Assembly (NCBI GenBank): GCA_044229845.1
Contig: JBGASG010000002.1
Coordinates: forward strand, 617,130 to 681,129
From: Candidatus Obscuribacteraceae bacterium
Lineage (GTDB): Bacteria > Cyanobacteriota > Vampirovibrionia > Obscuribacterales > Obscuribacteraceae
Direction of reading: 5' to 3'
Length of the DNA: 64,000 nt
Shown: one piece after another, positions 10,976 through 21,130 of the stretch
Position numbering within the stretch: position 1 is the stretch's first letter
Layout of the letters: each line of letters starts with the position of its first letter
Made by a program: the position numbers and the translations under genes
Notes under the pieces: model-generated
Seen by the model: the letters and a program-made list of their open reading frames with translations, nothing else
Database searches by the model: none
What the model was told of the DNA's origin: nothing

Positions 10976-12271
10976 CTATGCGATCTCGCCCTTCAACTTG
11001 CCCGTGGGCAACTCGAGGAGTTCGGCCGTCGACCGTTTTTCGACCATCTCTTTATTGATGTGTACGGTCTTGATGTCTGAACGCGATGGCACTTCGTACA
11101 TGATGTCGAGCATGATCTCTTCGACAATGGCGCGCAGTGCCCGGGCACCGGTTTTACGCTTGATGGCTTCCTCGGCGACTGCTTTGATGGCCGGCTCGTC
11201 GAATTTCAGTTCGACACCGTCCAGCGAGAGCAGTTGCTGGTACTGCTTGAGAATGGCGTTCTTCGGCTCGACGAGAATACGCACCAGCGCATCGACATCG
11301 AGCGAATCGAGCACGGCAAGCACCGGCATACGACCGACGAATTCCGGAATCAAGCCGAACTTCAGAAGATCATCCGGCACCACATCTTTGAGGATGCGGC
11401 TGGCGCGCTGGTCGCGCTCCCAGGCCGTCAGTGGTGCTTGCGATCCAAAACCGATGTTGCGGTTGCTGGAGACGCGGCTTTCCACAATCTTGTCCAATCC
11501 GACGAAGGCACCACCGCAGATGAACAGGATGTTCTGCGTGTTGATCTGAATGAACTCCTGGTGCGGGTGCTTACGTCCGCCTTGCGGAGGAACGTTGGCA
11601 ACCGTGCCCTCAATCATCTTGAGCAGCGCTTGTTGCACGCCTTCACCGGAGACATCGCGGGTGATCGAAGTGTTCTCCGATTTACGCGAGATCTTGTCGA
11701 TTTCGTCGATGTAGATGATGCCGCGCTCGGCTTTCTTGATGTCGTAATCGGCAGCTTGATAGAGACGCAGCAAGATGTTTTCCACGTCTTCACCGACGTA
11801 TCCCGCTTCTGTCAGCGTGGTGGCATCGGCGACGGCGAACGGCACATCGAGGAACTTCGCCAGCGTCTGCGCGAGCAGCGTTTTGCCGCAGCCCGTCGGT
11901 CCGATCAAAAGAATATTCGACTTTTGAATTTCGACTTGATCGGTCAGATCGCTGTTGTGGTTGATGCGCTTGTAGTGGTTGTAGACAGCCACTGAAAGCA
12001 CTTTCTTGGGATCGGTTTGACCGATGATGTGCTGATCGAGGAAACCTTTGATTTCCTGCGGCTTCGGCACATCGACCAGTTGCGGTACGCCAGACTCTTG
12101 AGGAGCCGCATTCGGACCGCCTTCAAACAGTTCTTCGTCGAGGATCTCATTACAGAGGTCGACGCATTCATCGCATATGTAGACTCCAGGCCCAGCGATC
12201 AGCTTCTTCACCTGATCTTGGCTCTTTCCACAGAAGGAGCATTTGAGTCTGTTGTCGGATTGCTTAGGCAT
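10976..12271 (-). CDS. clpX: ATP-dependent Clp protease ATP-binding subunit ClpX
   Basis: CSFCGK...ICDECV zinc finger, [19 protein letters not shown] loop. Confidence 0.99.
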   Translation of the reverse strand: MPKQSDNRLKCSFCGKSQDQVKKLIAGPGVYICDECVDLCNEILDEELFEGGPNAAPQESGVPQLVDVPKPQEIKGFLDQHIIGQTDPKKVLSVAVYNHYKRINHNSDLTDQVEIQKSNILLIGPTGCGKTLLAQTLAKFLDVPFAVADATTLTEAGYVGEDVENILLRLYQAADYDIKKAERGIIYIDEIDKISRKSENTSITRDVSGEGVQQALLKMIEGTVANVPPQGGRKHPHQEFIQINTQNILFICGGAFVGLDKIVESRVSSNRNIGFGSQAPLTAWERDQRASRILKDVVPDDLLKFGLIPEFVGRMPVLAVLDSLDVDALVRILVEPKNAILKQYQQLLSLDGVELKFDEPAIKAVAEEAIKRKTGARALRAIVEEIMLDIMYEVPSRSDIKTVHINKEMVEKRSTAELLELPTGKLKGEIA

Positions 12272-12353
12272 GCGTTGTGTACCTTCCTATCTCGTCTTGA
12301 GAGCAGAGCAGACGTAATCTACCGCACGAGCGGTTCCGGTCCGTTTGTCCTTT

Positions 12354-13022
12354 CTAGACGGCAGCCATATGCGGCTGATCCAATTTGACGATCACCTCGT
12401 CGACGATTCCATATTCTTTCGCTTCTTGAGCGGTCATGATGTTGTCGCGGTCGGTGTCTTTCTCGATTTGTTTGACCGATTGACCCGTATGCGACGCCAT
12501 CAGTTCGTTGAGTTCGCGCTTGATGCGAATGATTTCGCGAGCGGCGATTTCGATGTCGGTTGCTTGACCCTGCGCACCACCGAGCGGTTGGTGAATCAGA
12601 ATGCGCGAGTGCGGCAGAGCCAGGCGCTTGCCTTTGGTGCCTGCGCAGAGCAGGAACGCACCCATTGAAGCAGCCTGCCCGAGACAGATGGTGGAGACTT
12701 CCGAGCGGATGTGCTGGATAGTGTCATAAATAGCCATGCCGGCGGTTACCGAGCCGCCCGGGCTGTTGATATAAAGTCTGATGTCCTTTTCCGGGTCTTC
12801 GCCTTCCAGCAGGAGGAGCTGAGCGACCACCAGGTTGGCTACGGTGTCGTCAATTGGCATACCCAAAAATACGATGCGCTCGCGCAGAAGACGCGAGAAG
12901 ATGTCGAAAGCTCTTTCGCCCCGCGCCGTCGTTTCGATGACGGTCGGCGGGTAGTAAGCCTGGGGAGTCATGCTCCAGATATCGTATATGTCTTGCATCG
13001 ACGGACGTTTGTTATTGAACAT
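12354..13022 (-). CDS. clpP: Clp protease proteolytic subunit
   Basis: [41 protein letters not shown]; exact start uncertain. Confidence 0.98.
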   Translation of the reverse strand: MFNNKRPSMQDIYDIWSMTPQAYYPPTVIETTARGERAFDIFSRLLRERIVFLGMPIDDTVANLVVAQLLLLEGEDPEKDIRLYINSPGGSVTAGMAIYDTIQHIRSEVSTICLGQAASMGAFLLCAGTKGKRLALPHSRILIHQPLGGAQGQATDIEIAAREIIRIKRELNELMASHTGQSVKQIEKDTDRDNIMTAQEAKEYGIVDEVIVKLDQPHMAAV

Positions 13023-13140
13023 GGTGAGTTTTGTTTGTCTCCTACTGGTTTATTAGATATTAGATTCTAGTTAGTTTAAGGCAACGATACCCTGTTGTCA
13101 GATTTAGTCAAGGCTTGACACTTGGGAATCCTCGCCCCAT

Positions 13141-14595
13141 CTAGGCTCCAGCGGTCTCTGCCGTTTTCTCGGCGGATTCTTCGGACTCCTGTTTTTCCTT
13201 GTCGGCATCCTTCTTCTTGTCAGATTTCGGTTTAGCAGATCCAGCGCCTTTTTTGCCTTTATCCTGCCCTTCCTCTTCATCCGACTCAGGCACATAAGTG
13301 ATCTGCGCGTGACTCAAAAGAAAGTCCACGACTTTGCGGGTTAGAGCTTCCTCCATCGACTGTCGTTTAAGCTCTTCAAAAAAGCGTCTCAACTCTTCGT
13401 TGTGGGCAAGTTGTTCTATTGGAACATTATACCTGGCAACCATCTCCATCAGATAAGGCCGCCATTCTTCGTCGGTTACGCTCATGTTCTCAGCACGCAC
13501 AATGGCACCGAGAACCAGCGAGGTACGCACGCGATTCGTGGCTTCCTCGCGGATTTCCGCGTATTTATCCTTGTACTCATCCGTCTGTATATACTCGTCC
13601 CACTTCTTGCGCTGCTGCTCGATCATCCGCTTGTGGTGCTGAAGCAGGAGGTTCGACTCACGGTCAATCATGCTGTCGGGGATGGCGACATCGGCCCGTT
13701 TGACGATCTCTTCCACCACGGCTTTTTGGGCACGGGCTTCGTTTTCCTGACGCAGCTCTTCTTCCATGCGCTGGTTGAGGGCTTTCTTCAATTCATCCAG
13801 TGATTCCTGTCCGACGCTCTTGGCCAGCTCATCGTCGATGTCCGGCATCTGGCGTTCGCGCAGCTCTTTGAGGTCGACTTTGAACTCGGCATCCTTGCCG
13901 GCCAGCTCGGTGTTGCGGTATTCGGTCGGGAATGTGGCTTTCACTTCGGTCTGCTGACCGGGTTCTTTGCCGATCAACGCTTCGCAGAAGCCCGGCAGGA
14001 AGTTGCCTTCTTTGACTTCCAGCAAGAGCCCTTCGGCTTTTCCGCCTTCGACCAGCTCGCCGTTGACGAAACATTCGAAGTCGAGCAAGACGGTGTCGCC
14101 TTCTTTAATCGGGCGCGGGTCGACTTTCTTCAGGTCGGCTTTCGCTTCGGCGATGCTCTCGAGCGCCTTGGCTTCGGCTTCGGGGGGCATTTTGGCTTCT
14201 TCAGCGGTGGCGGCGACGCCTTTGTAGTCGCCCAGTTTGACTTCGGGACGCACTTCGAACGTGGCCAACAGCTTGAGAGGCTCACCCAGCTCGAAGTTCG
14301 GCGGGTCTATTTGAGGCTCGGTGATCACATCGAGCTTTTCTTCGTAAATGGCTTGCCCGAGAACCTCAGGAACCAGGCGTTCAAGGGTTTCTCGCTTGAT
14401 AAAGTCCACGCCGACCATCTTTTCGACGATGTTGCGAGGCGCCTTGCCCCGGCGGAATCCTGGGATGTTGATGCGCTGGCTGAGTTGTTTGCAGGCCACT
14501 TCATAGGCCTTCACCGCGCGTTCAGACTCAACTTCGACGTTGAGCTTGACGATATTTGTGCCTTCTCGATCCAGCGTGACCTTCATGTCGAACAT
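13141..14595 (-). CDS. tig: Trigger factor
   Basis: IPGFRRGKAP ribosome-binding motif, FKBP-like middle domain, tig-clpP-clpX-lon synteny. Confidence 0.97.
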   Translation of the reverse strand: MFDMKVTLDREGTNIVKLNVEVESERAVKAYEVACKQLSQRINIPGFRRGKAPRNIVEKMVGVDFIKRETLERLVPEVLGQAIYEEKLDVITEPQIDPPNFELGEPLKLLATFEVRPEVKLGDYKGVAATAEEAKMPPEAEAKALESIAEAKADLKKVDPRPIKEGDTVLLDFECFVNGELVEGGKAEGLLLEVKEGNFLPGFCEALIGKEPGQQTEVKATFPTEYRNTELAGKDAEFKVDLKELRERQMPDIDDELAKSVGQESLDELKKALNQRMEEELRQENEARAQKAVVEEIVKRADVAIPDSMIDRESNLLLQHHKRMIEQQRKKWDEYIQTDEYKDKYAEIREEATNRVRTSLVLGAIVRAENMSVTDEEWRPYLMEMVARYNVPIEQLAHNEELRRFFEELKRQSMEEALTRKVVDFLLSHAQITYVPESDEEEGQDKGKKGAGSAKPKSDKKKDADKEKQESEESAEKTAETAGA

Positions 14596-14961
14596 CCCTC
14601 TCCATGTGAGTTTTTGGTTTTTCGCGGGCGAGCCTGGCTATGAACTGCTTCCGCCGCTGGGCTCCCGGCGAGGCCTGATGCTTGGGGCATTGTGCTGCAC
14701 GAGCCGCTTGTTTTGCCGCAAGCCGTGCGCTCCAGGCCGGAGGGGATTGTAGCACAAAAGGCTTGCAAAGCCGCATGTAGTCGGGCTTAGCGATGATTGA
14801 GCTGCGCCCGAAAGGGGCACGGATTCGTTGCCGGATTTGAAGTTGTGTGTAGCGCAGCCGTTGTTCGCCGTGTTCGCCGCGTTCCCGTCCGTCCGCCGGC
14901 GCATCCTTCGCGGCTGCTCAATGCATGGGCAAGCACCATCTGACAACCGGGAGCGATGATC

Positions 14962-15051
14962 TGTCAACTTACCAGCCCTGTTTGTTGACAAAACCGGCGT
15001 GCGGAGGCGGGTTTGTCAACTTACCAGCCCTGTTTGTTGACAAAACCGGCG
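14962..15051. repeat. Two 38-bp direct repeats (52-bp period), each containing a TGTCAAC-N15-GTTGACA inverted repeat
   Basis: tgtcaacttaccagccctgtttgttgacaaaaccggcg at 14962-14999 and 15014-15051. Confidence 0.9.
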
Positions 15052-15073
15052 CGCCGGAGGCTGAAGAACGGCT

Positions 15074-15589
15074 CTACGGCATCGGGAGCATGATCGGGCG
15101 CTGGTGGGCGATGATTGCCGCGATGATGAGCGCCAGGTTGATGGTCAAAAATATCCCGAGCAGGCTGGAGCCCAGCATCAGTTGCCAGGTCAAAAGCGCC
15201 TGCCGGGGATGAAACGTGGTGACGATGCCGAAGCGGTTGGCGACGTACATCAAAAGTGCCAGTCCGACCAGGACGTCGGCGGCGAGAACGACGTTGACGC
15301 GCAGGTTTTCCAGTTGCGGCACCAGCAAAGTGCCCAGTGCGATGGTGCAACAAATGAGCAGGGCGATGGCTGTGGCCTTATCGCTGTCACGGACCGCGAC
15401 TTCGTTGTCGCGCGATACGCTGCTCACATAGCGCAGGGCAGCCAGACTGCTTCTCCAGCGCGAGCGGCGGTTGATGACTTGCTCGGCCGGCAGACGCAAG
15501 GTTTCGACCGTGCCACCGGCACCCTCGACGGCGGTCGATTTGCCTGCGGCTTCATCAGCGGGTTTCTTTGCCGCTTGATCGTCTGACAT
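15074..15589 (-). CDS. Hypothetical membrane protein (about 3 TM segments)
   Basis: 171-aa ORF, GGAGG Shine-Dalgarno, hydrophobic C-terminal half. Confidence 0.75.
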   Translation of the reverse strand: MSDDQAAKKPADEAAGKSTAVEGAGGTVETLRLPAEQVINRRSRWRSSLAALRYVSSVSRDNEVAVRDSDKATAIALLICCTIALGTLLVPQLENLRVNVVLAADVLVGLALLMYVANRFGIVTTFHPRQALLTWQLMLGSSLLGIFLTINLALIIAAIIAHQRPIMLPMP

Positions 15590-15861
15590 GTAAGCCTCCC
15601 AAAGACCGCTCTTGTGCGCCGCCGTACTGAGTATAGTCGAAACAAATCGCGCGAAAAGGTTTCGTCAGCTCCTTAATACCCAGCAGGCTAACTTCTCTAA
15701 GCTTATTCGGCGAAGATTTCTTATGGAATGTAATAAAACCGCGACGCCACCCCGCTGCCAAGGGTAGATAAGACGGACAGGGGCGGGCGCACCCGGACGG
15801 CGCCGCGATCGCCGATCAGTGTCGGATAATCAATCGGCGGGCACCACGTGCGGTATCACCC

Positions 15862-16443
15862 TCAGAGCGATCCGGCGCTGCTTGTGCCATTGCCGGCGCC
15901 ACCAAATTCGGCGGCAGCATCACGCAAAAACTGCTGCGCCTGCGCCGGATTCTTCAGTTGAAAAATGCGCAGGCGCGCACTTTCAGGCGATCGCAGCAAT
16001 TCCTGATATTCACGTCGCCGTCGATGATAGGTCGTCAGCCCCCATAACAACACCGAGTCCCTGGTCATAAAGCTCATGCGCCACGATTCGCGGTTGCCTT
16101 TCCACAGTTCCTCTTGCGAGAAAGCGCGGCGCACCGTGCGCGAAAAGAGCCGCCACATGACCAGGTGAAAGTCGAAGTCCAGCCAGCACACGGCATCCGC
16201 GCGCTGCCAGACGAAGGGGCGCGCTTTGGAATAATTGCCGTCCACCACCCAGGCGGGCGCACTGGTGGCTTGATCGACCCGCGTGAGAAAGACATCGTCG
16301 GCAGCCTCGACCCAGTTCGGCTCCCAGTGCAGCGCATCCAGCTCGATGTGGGTGATGCCGCGCGCGGCCGCCAGCCGGCGTGCGAATGTGGTCTTGCCAC
16401 TGCCGCTTGTACCAACTACAACGAATCGTCGCAGACTATCCAT
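15862..16443 (-). CDS. Adenylate-kinase-like P-loop protein (FlaR/topology-modulation-like family)
   Basis: VVGTSGSGKTT, IELDALHWEPNW, WVVDGNYS; start moved to the ATG at 16443 because the longer ORF overlaps the tRNA. Confidence 0.88.
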   Translation of the reverse strand: MDSLRRFVVVGTSGSGKTTFARRLAAARGITHIELDALHWEPNWVEAADDVFLTRVDQATSAPAWVVDGNYSKARPFVWQRADAVCWLDFDFHLVMWRLFSRTVRRAFSQEELWKGNRESWRMSFMTRDSVLLWGLTTYHRRRREYQELLRSPESARLRIFQLKNPAQAQQFLRDAAAEFGGAGNGTSSAGSL

Positions 16444-16518
16444 TGAAGAAACGGCAGGCGCCCCTGGAAACAACAACGCCGCGTTTCTCAAAAGAAGCCG
16501 CGGGCGCAGTGGAAAAAA

Positions 16519-16593
<75 letters not shown>

Positions 16594-16610
16594 AATAGTG
16601 GTGAGGAGTG

Positions 16611-16640
16611 ATTATAGCGCGCTATCAAATTAGCGTGCAA
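16611..16640 (-). promoter_or_regulatory. Sigma70-type promoter of tRNA-Gly
   Basis: TTGCAC-N18-TATAAT on the minus strand just upstream of the tRNA. Confidence 0.7.
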
Positions 16641-16676
16641 CGTCCTGTTTAAGAAACGTCATTCCGGTCCGGTCGT

Positions 16677-17864
16677 TTATTGCACAACCTGAATAATCGG
16701 GGTTGTCGGCGCCACGATGCCTGCCGGTTGCACCGGCGAACCGGCGCCGTTGCCATTACCGTTACCGGTCTGGGATGCCTGCGCAGCTGCGGCAATCTGG
16801 GCAGCCGTCGTAGGCGCCGGAATCGAGAGATTCGACGACTTGACTTGCGGTCGGCGTGCCAGACGGTCTTCGACTTCGGAAAGCACCCGCACCACTTGAT
16901 AGGCGTTATTGGCATCGGTGCGCGGGCGCTGCCCGGTGACGACGCAATTGAGGAAGTGCTCGCACTCCAGTTGCAGCGGCTCGGCATCCGAATAAGACGG
17001 ATACTCGACCACCATGCCACCGGACTTGGTGAGGCTGTGCAGCGCCAGTTTGTTTTCGGATGCGGTGTCATTCAAGACTGCCGTCTTCAAACTGCCGTTG
17101 ACGGTGAGGCGCACCAGTTTTTGCGGATCGATCCAGCTGTTGCGCACTTGACCGGGCACGCGACGGGCACCGGCGATCGGGAACACCAGATCGAGGTAAG
17201 CCACATCGACCAGTGAGTCTATTTGTGTGTCCCAGCCGCCGACGCGATCCACTTCGGGATGTTCGCAATCGAGCAGGTAAGACATCATCGAAATATCGTG
17301 TGGTGCCAGATCCCAGAGCACGCTCCAGTCACGTCTGCCCGTGTTGAAGTTCATGCGATCTGATCTGATAAATCGCAGCTCGCCCAGTTCGCCGTCGCGA
17401 ATCAATTCTTTCAAGCAATTGACGGCAGGATGGTAGAGAAGCAAGTGACCGACCATCAAGATCAGTCCGCGCTCTGTTGCCAGTTTGTCCAGTTCTTCCG
17501 CGTGGCGGGTGTCCCGCGCCAACGGTTTCTCAACATAGACGTGTTTGCCGGCTAACAATGATTGTCTGCCGAGTTCGAAGTGGCTGTCGCTTGGTGACGC
17601 GATCACAACTGCTTTGATCGATTCATCCTTCAACACGCTTTCGAACTGATCGGTGATACGCACACCGGGGTGCTCGCGACGCACCACATCCAGGCGAGCC
17701 AGGTCAATGTCACATACGCAACCCAGTGCTCCCAAATGAGCAAAGTTGCGGACGAGATTTTTGCCCCAGTTGCCGAAACCTATTACTGCTACTTTTGCTG
17801 ATTCCAATGCACAACTCCGCAACTCGGAAAGATTCGCGTGCAAATACGGCTGCAATAACAACAA
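16677..17864 (-). CDS. Gfo/Idh/MocA family oxidoreductase
   Basis: VAVIGFGNWG Rossmann motif, HVYVEKPLA, WDLAPHD; the true start is probably the TTG about 19 codons downstream. Confidence 0.92.
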   Translation of the reverse strand: MLLLQPYLHANLSELRSCALESAKVAVIGFGNWGKNLVRNFAHLGALGCVCDIDLARLDVVRREHPGVRITDQFESVLKDESIKAVVIASPSDSHFELGRQSLLAGKHVYVEKPLARDTRHAEELDKLATERGLILMVGHLLLYHPAVNCLKELIRDGELGELRFIRSDRMNFNTGRRDWSVLWDLAPHDISMMSYLLDCEHPEVDRVGGWDTQIDSLVDVAYLDLVFPIAGARRVPGQVRNSWIDPQKLVRLTVNGSLKTAVLNDTASENKLALHSLTKSGGMVVEYPSYSDAEPLQLECEHFLNCVVTGQRPRTDANNAYQVVRVLSEVEDRLARRPQVKSSNLSIPAPTTAAQIAAAAQASQTGNGNGNGAGSPVQPAGIVAPTTPIIQVVQ

Positions 17865-17940
17865 CCTTTGAGCCTATTCAAGCGCACAGATGTCTCTTTG
17901 AAATTTATCAAGATTAAGGTCGGACGAGACTTCGGCCGAT

Positions 17941-18222
17941 TTAACGTCGCTTGTTGACAGCTTCGCTAAATTCTTTGCCAACTTTGAAACCCGGCACACG
18001 CTTGGCTGGGATTTCCAGAGGCTGATTGGTCTTGGGGTTTCTCCCCGTGCGGGCCTTGCGCTGGCGCACTTCGAATGTACCAAATCCAACAAGCGTTACT
18101 TTTTCGCCGGATGCAACACGTTTAACGATGGTTTCCATCATCTTATTAATGACGGTTTCGGCATCCTTTTTGGTGGTGCCGGCTTCCTTCGCAATAACGT
18201 CTACCAACTCAGCCTTGTTCAC
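17941..18222 (-). CDS. hup: HU family DNA-binding protein
   Basis: (V)NKAELVD...VTLVGFGTF...GRNPKT; GTG start at 18222 with AGAGGA Shine-Dalgarno. Confidence 0.97.
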   Translation of the reverse strand: MNKAELVDVIAKEAGTTKKDAETVINKMMETIVKRVASGEKVTLVGFGTFEVRQRKARTGRNPKTNQPLEIPAKRVPGFKVGKEFSEAVNKRR

Positions 18223-18437
18223 GCAGAAGTCCTCTTGTGTTGTGTGAAGTGGTACCAGGGACACCGGCGGACAACAACTCGACATCGGTGTTTCGCCGAG
18301 CACTTTATAGACGAAGCTACGCGATGGCGATAGCAAAACCGGCTATATGCTTGCGATACACGATTTTGCCCATGCTAGCATAAAGTGGATAGCTGGCAAT
18401 GTTCACCTTCCTCTTTTCAGGCGAGAAATTACTAATC

Positions 18438-19619
18438 ATGCTTGCGCCACGCCAACCCATTGTTGCTTCGGTGAGGCGCGACGCGTGGGTCGAAATTGAT
18501 CTTCTGGCACTGGAGAAAAACGTTGCCACCATCAAGAGCTGGTGTTCGCCGCACACCAAGTTGATGGCCGTCGTCAAAAGCGATGCTTACGGACACGGCG
18601 CTGTCGGCGTCGCGGAAGTACTCACCGCATCCGGTGCTTCATGGTTGGGCGTTGCATCGGTCGACGAAGGCTGCCAGCTGCGCGGCGCCGGTGTCACACA
18701 GCCGATCCTCTTGCTCAGTCCGGCGCCATCGTGGGCAATTACCACCGCGCTCGAAGCTGATCTGCAACTGACGGTTTTGAATCGCTCGCAGATTGAAGAC
18801 ATTGTCAAAGAGGCGGCGCGGATAAACAAACCGGCCAACGTGCATTTAAAGGTCGACACCGGCATGCACAGGTTGGGGGCGCTGCCTGAAGATGTGCCTG
18901 ACTTGCTGTCGACAATTGCGTCGGAGAAAGCGCTGCGGCTGGCCGGAATTTTCAGTCATCTAGCCAAAGCCGACGAAGCCGAATTCACCGGCAAGCAAAA
19001 TGCGCAATTCCAGCGCCTGCTTGATATGGTGGCAAAGTCGGAAAGCCAGCCGCGGCTGGTGCACCTGGCATCCGGTGATGCAACGCGGCGGTTTCCCGAT
19101 ACGCATTACGACATGGTGCGCGTCGGACTGTATTTATATGGATTAGAAGCGCGGGCAGTATCAGATGTGGTGACACCGGCCATGTCGGTGCGCGGGCGCA
19201 TCAATCATTTGCAACACATAGAAACCGGTCAGTCGGTCGGTTACAACCTGACCTGGACGGCACAGCGACCAACGCGCATCGCATCGATTCCGATCGGCTA
19301 TGCCGACGGCGTCGACCGCGGACTGTCCAATAAGATGAAAGGGCTTTTGCTCGGACAGGAAGTAAAACAAATCGGGCTGATCAGCATGGACCAGATGCTT
19401 TTCGACGTCACGGATGTTGCCGATGCCGATGAAGGTGACGTGATTACACTGATCGGGGAGGAGCACGCGCTGAAGTTTCGCGCGCGCGCCGGACACAAAC
19501 AACTCTATCTGGCGGATTGGGCGGCCACGCTTGATACCATTACTTACGAACTGGCCTGTCGACTGCGCGCACGCATGCCAAGAATGTACACGCGCTCGGT
19601 GCCGGCACACGAGGGCTAG
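18438..19619 (+). CDS. alr: Alanine racemase
   Basis: MAVVKSDAYGHG PLP-lysine motif, HLKVDTGMHRLG, IPIGYADG. Confidence 0.97.
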   Translation: MLAPRQPIVASVRRDAWVEIDLLALEKNVATIKSWCSPHTKLMAVVKSDAYGHGAVGVAEVLTASGASWLGVASVDEGCQLRGAGVTQPILLLSPAPSWAITTALEADLQLTVLNRSQIEDIVKEAARINKPANVHLKVDTGMHRLGALPEDVPDLLSTIASEKALRLAGIFSHLAKADEAEFTGKQNAQFQRLLDMVAKSESQPRLVHLASGDATRRFPDTHYDMVRVGLYLYGLEARAVSDVVTPAMSVRGRINHLQHIETGQSVGYNLTWTAQRPTRIASIPIGYADGVDRGLSNKMKGLLLGQEVKQIGLISMDQMLFDVTDVADADEGDVITLIGEEHALKFRARAGHKQLYLADWAATLDTITYELACRLRARMPRMYTRSVPAHEG

Positions 19620-19628
19620 CAAAAAAAC

Positions 19629-20240
19629 ATGGCGGCACAACTGGGAGTTTTTTGCGGAACGTTCAATCCGATTCATGTCGGGCATCTTCTGATTGCCGAG
19701 TTTGCCTGGGATCAGTTCGAGCTGGACAAAGTAATCTTCATTCCCAACTCGACGCCGCCGCACAAGAACAAGGACATCCTCGACAAAGAATCGCGCTACG
19801 AACTTGTGCAGGCCGCCATCGCCAACAACGAGCATTTCCAGATCTCGCGCATCGAGATGGATCGCGAGGGACCTTCATACACGGTGGACACCCTGACGCA
19901 ACTCAAGTCGCAGTGGGGAGAAGATACGCAGCTCAACTTGATCATCGGTCAGGACAATCTCGGCTATCTGACCGAGTGGCATGACGCGCCGCGTCTTTTC
20001 AAACTTTGCCGCATACTGGTGGCATCGCGGCATCTGGTGAAAGCACCGCGTCAGGAGTCCGATGCCGAACTGAAAGCCATGGCACCGCCCGGCGCCAACG
20101 TCGAAATAATTCATTTCCCGGATTTTCCGGTGTCTTCCTCCGAGATACGCAATCGCTTGCGCGCCGGCGGCACGGTGCTATATCTGGTGCCACCGGAAGT
20201 CAACCACATACTGCTGGAGAAACAACACTATGTCCGGTGA
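19629..20240 (+). CDS. nadD: Nicotinate-nucleotide adenylyltransferase
   Basis: GTFNPIHVGH, PSYTVDTL, IIGQD, VSSSEIR. Confidence 0.96.
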   Translation: MAAQLGVFCGTFNPIHVGHLLIAEFAWDQFELDKVIFIPNSTPPHKNKDILDKESRYELVQAAIANNEHFQISRIEMDREGPSYTVDTLTQLKSQWGEDTQLNLIIGQDNLGYLTEWHDAPRLFKLCRILVASRHLVKAPRQESDAELKAMAPPGANVEIIHFPDFPVSSSEIRNRLRAGGTVLYLVPPEVNHILLEKQHYVR

Positions 20241-20871
20241 CAACTTCGCGCACACCCCGGTTCCTGAGACGCATATCAATGGCATTCCGGTGAATGTGAC
20301 GAGCGACTTTCTGCGTGAGTGGGTGCGCCCGCGCGTCAAGCCCAAACGGTTTCGTCACATCGAAGGCGTAGTGGCAGTGGCGAAGAAACTGGCCAAGCGC
20401 GCGCACTGCGACGAACATCTAGCCGAGATAGCAGCCTGGGTGCACGACTGCTGCAAGCACATCAAAGATGATGAACTGGTGCGCATGGCGCGCGAATACG
20501 GGCTGGTGCTCACGGATCTGGAAGCGCACCACGGACACTTGCTGCATGGACCGGTGGCGGCGGAAGTGGCGATGCACGAACTGGACATCACCAATGAAGA
20601 CGTGCTGAATGCCATAGCTGAACACACTCTCGGCGCGGTGCCGATGAGCACTCTTTCGAAAGTCATTTATTTGGCGGACGCACTGGAGGAGAGTCGCCCG
20701 AAAGATTTCCGGCAACCGATCTGGGATGCGCTGGATTTCGAAGGCACCTGCGACCTGGACAATGCGTTGGTGGTGGCATGCGAGCAGAGCATCAGGCATC
20801 TGATTGCCGCCGGTAAGCCGGTACACCCGCGAACGGAAGAAGTGCGCGACTACTACGCCAATCTTCAGTAG
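20230..20871 (+). CDS. yqeK: YqeK-like HD-domain hydrolase (Ap4A hydrolase family)
   Basis: RFRH...HDCCK...LLHGPVAA...HTLG...IYLAD; overlaps nadD as in the usual nadD-yqeK pairing. Confidence 0.9.
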   Translation: MSGDNFAHTPVPETHINGIPVNVTSDFLREWVRPRVKPKRFRHIEGVVAVAKKLAKRAHCDEHLAEIAAWVHDCCKHIKDDELVRMAREYGLVLTDLEAHHGHLLHGPVAAEVAMHELDITNEDVLNAIAEHTLGAVPMSTLSKVIYLADALEESRPKDFRQPIWDALDFEGTCDLDNALVVACEQSIRHLIAAGKPVHPRTEEVRDYYANLQ

Positions 20872-20881
20872 ATCGGGAGTT

Positions 20882-21115
20882 TTATTTATCCGGGGCGGCG
20901 GAGACGTCGCTAGCTTTTTCTTTGTCACGCTTGTGTGCCTGGGCACCGGCAAGCAGCATGAACAGCCCGAAAAACAACAATACAAAACCCCAGATGAGAT
21001 TGAGGTTGGATTGCAGCCCCGGACTCATGTGGGACGGCATGAGGATGCCGTAGACAATCAAAACGACACCGTTGATGACGAAATATGCTCCGATTACTGT
21101 TCGCAGTTCAAGCAT
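20882..21115 (-). CDS. Small 2-TM membrane protein downstream of the symporter
   Basis: 77-aa ORF with two hydrophobic helices; GGAAACG upstream; co-oriented with the symporter. Confidence 0.75.
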   Translation of the reverse strand: MLELRTVIGAYFVINGVVLIVYGILMPSHMSPGLQSNLNLIWGFVLLFFGLFMLLAGAQAHKRDKEKASDVSAAPDK

Positions 21116-21130
21116 GTTGGTTTCGTTTCC

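Noticed and set aside
14625..14755. SRP RNA, suggested by a GGAAGCAG segment
   Set aside because: The conserved CAGG-stem-GNRA tetraloop-stem-AGCAG geometry is not present
14962..15051. Mini CRISPR array
   Set aside because: Only two units, the intervening sequence is 14 bp, and there are no cas genes in the window
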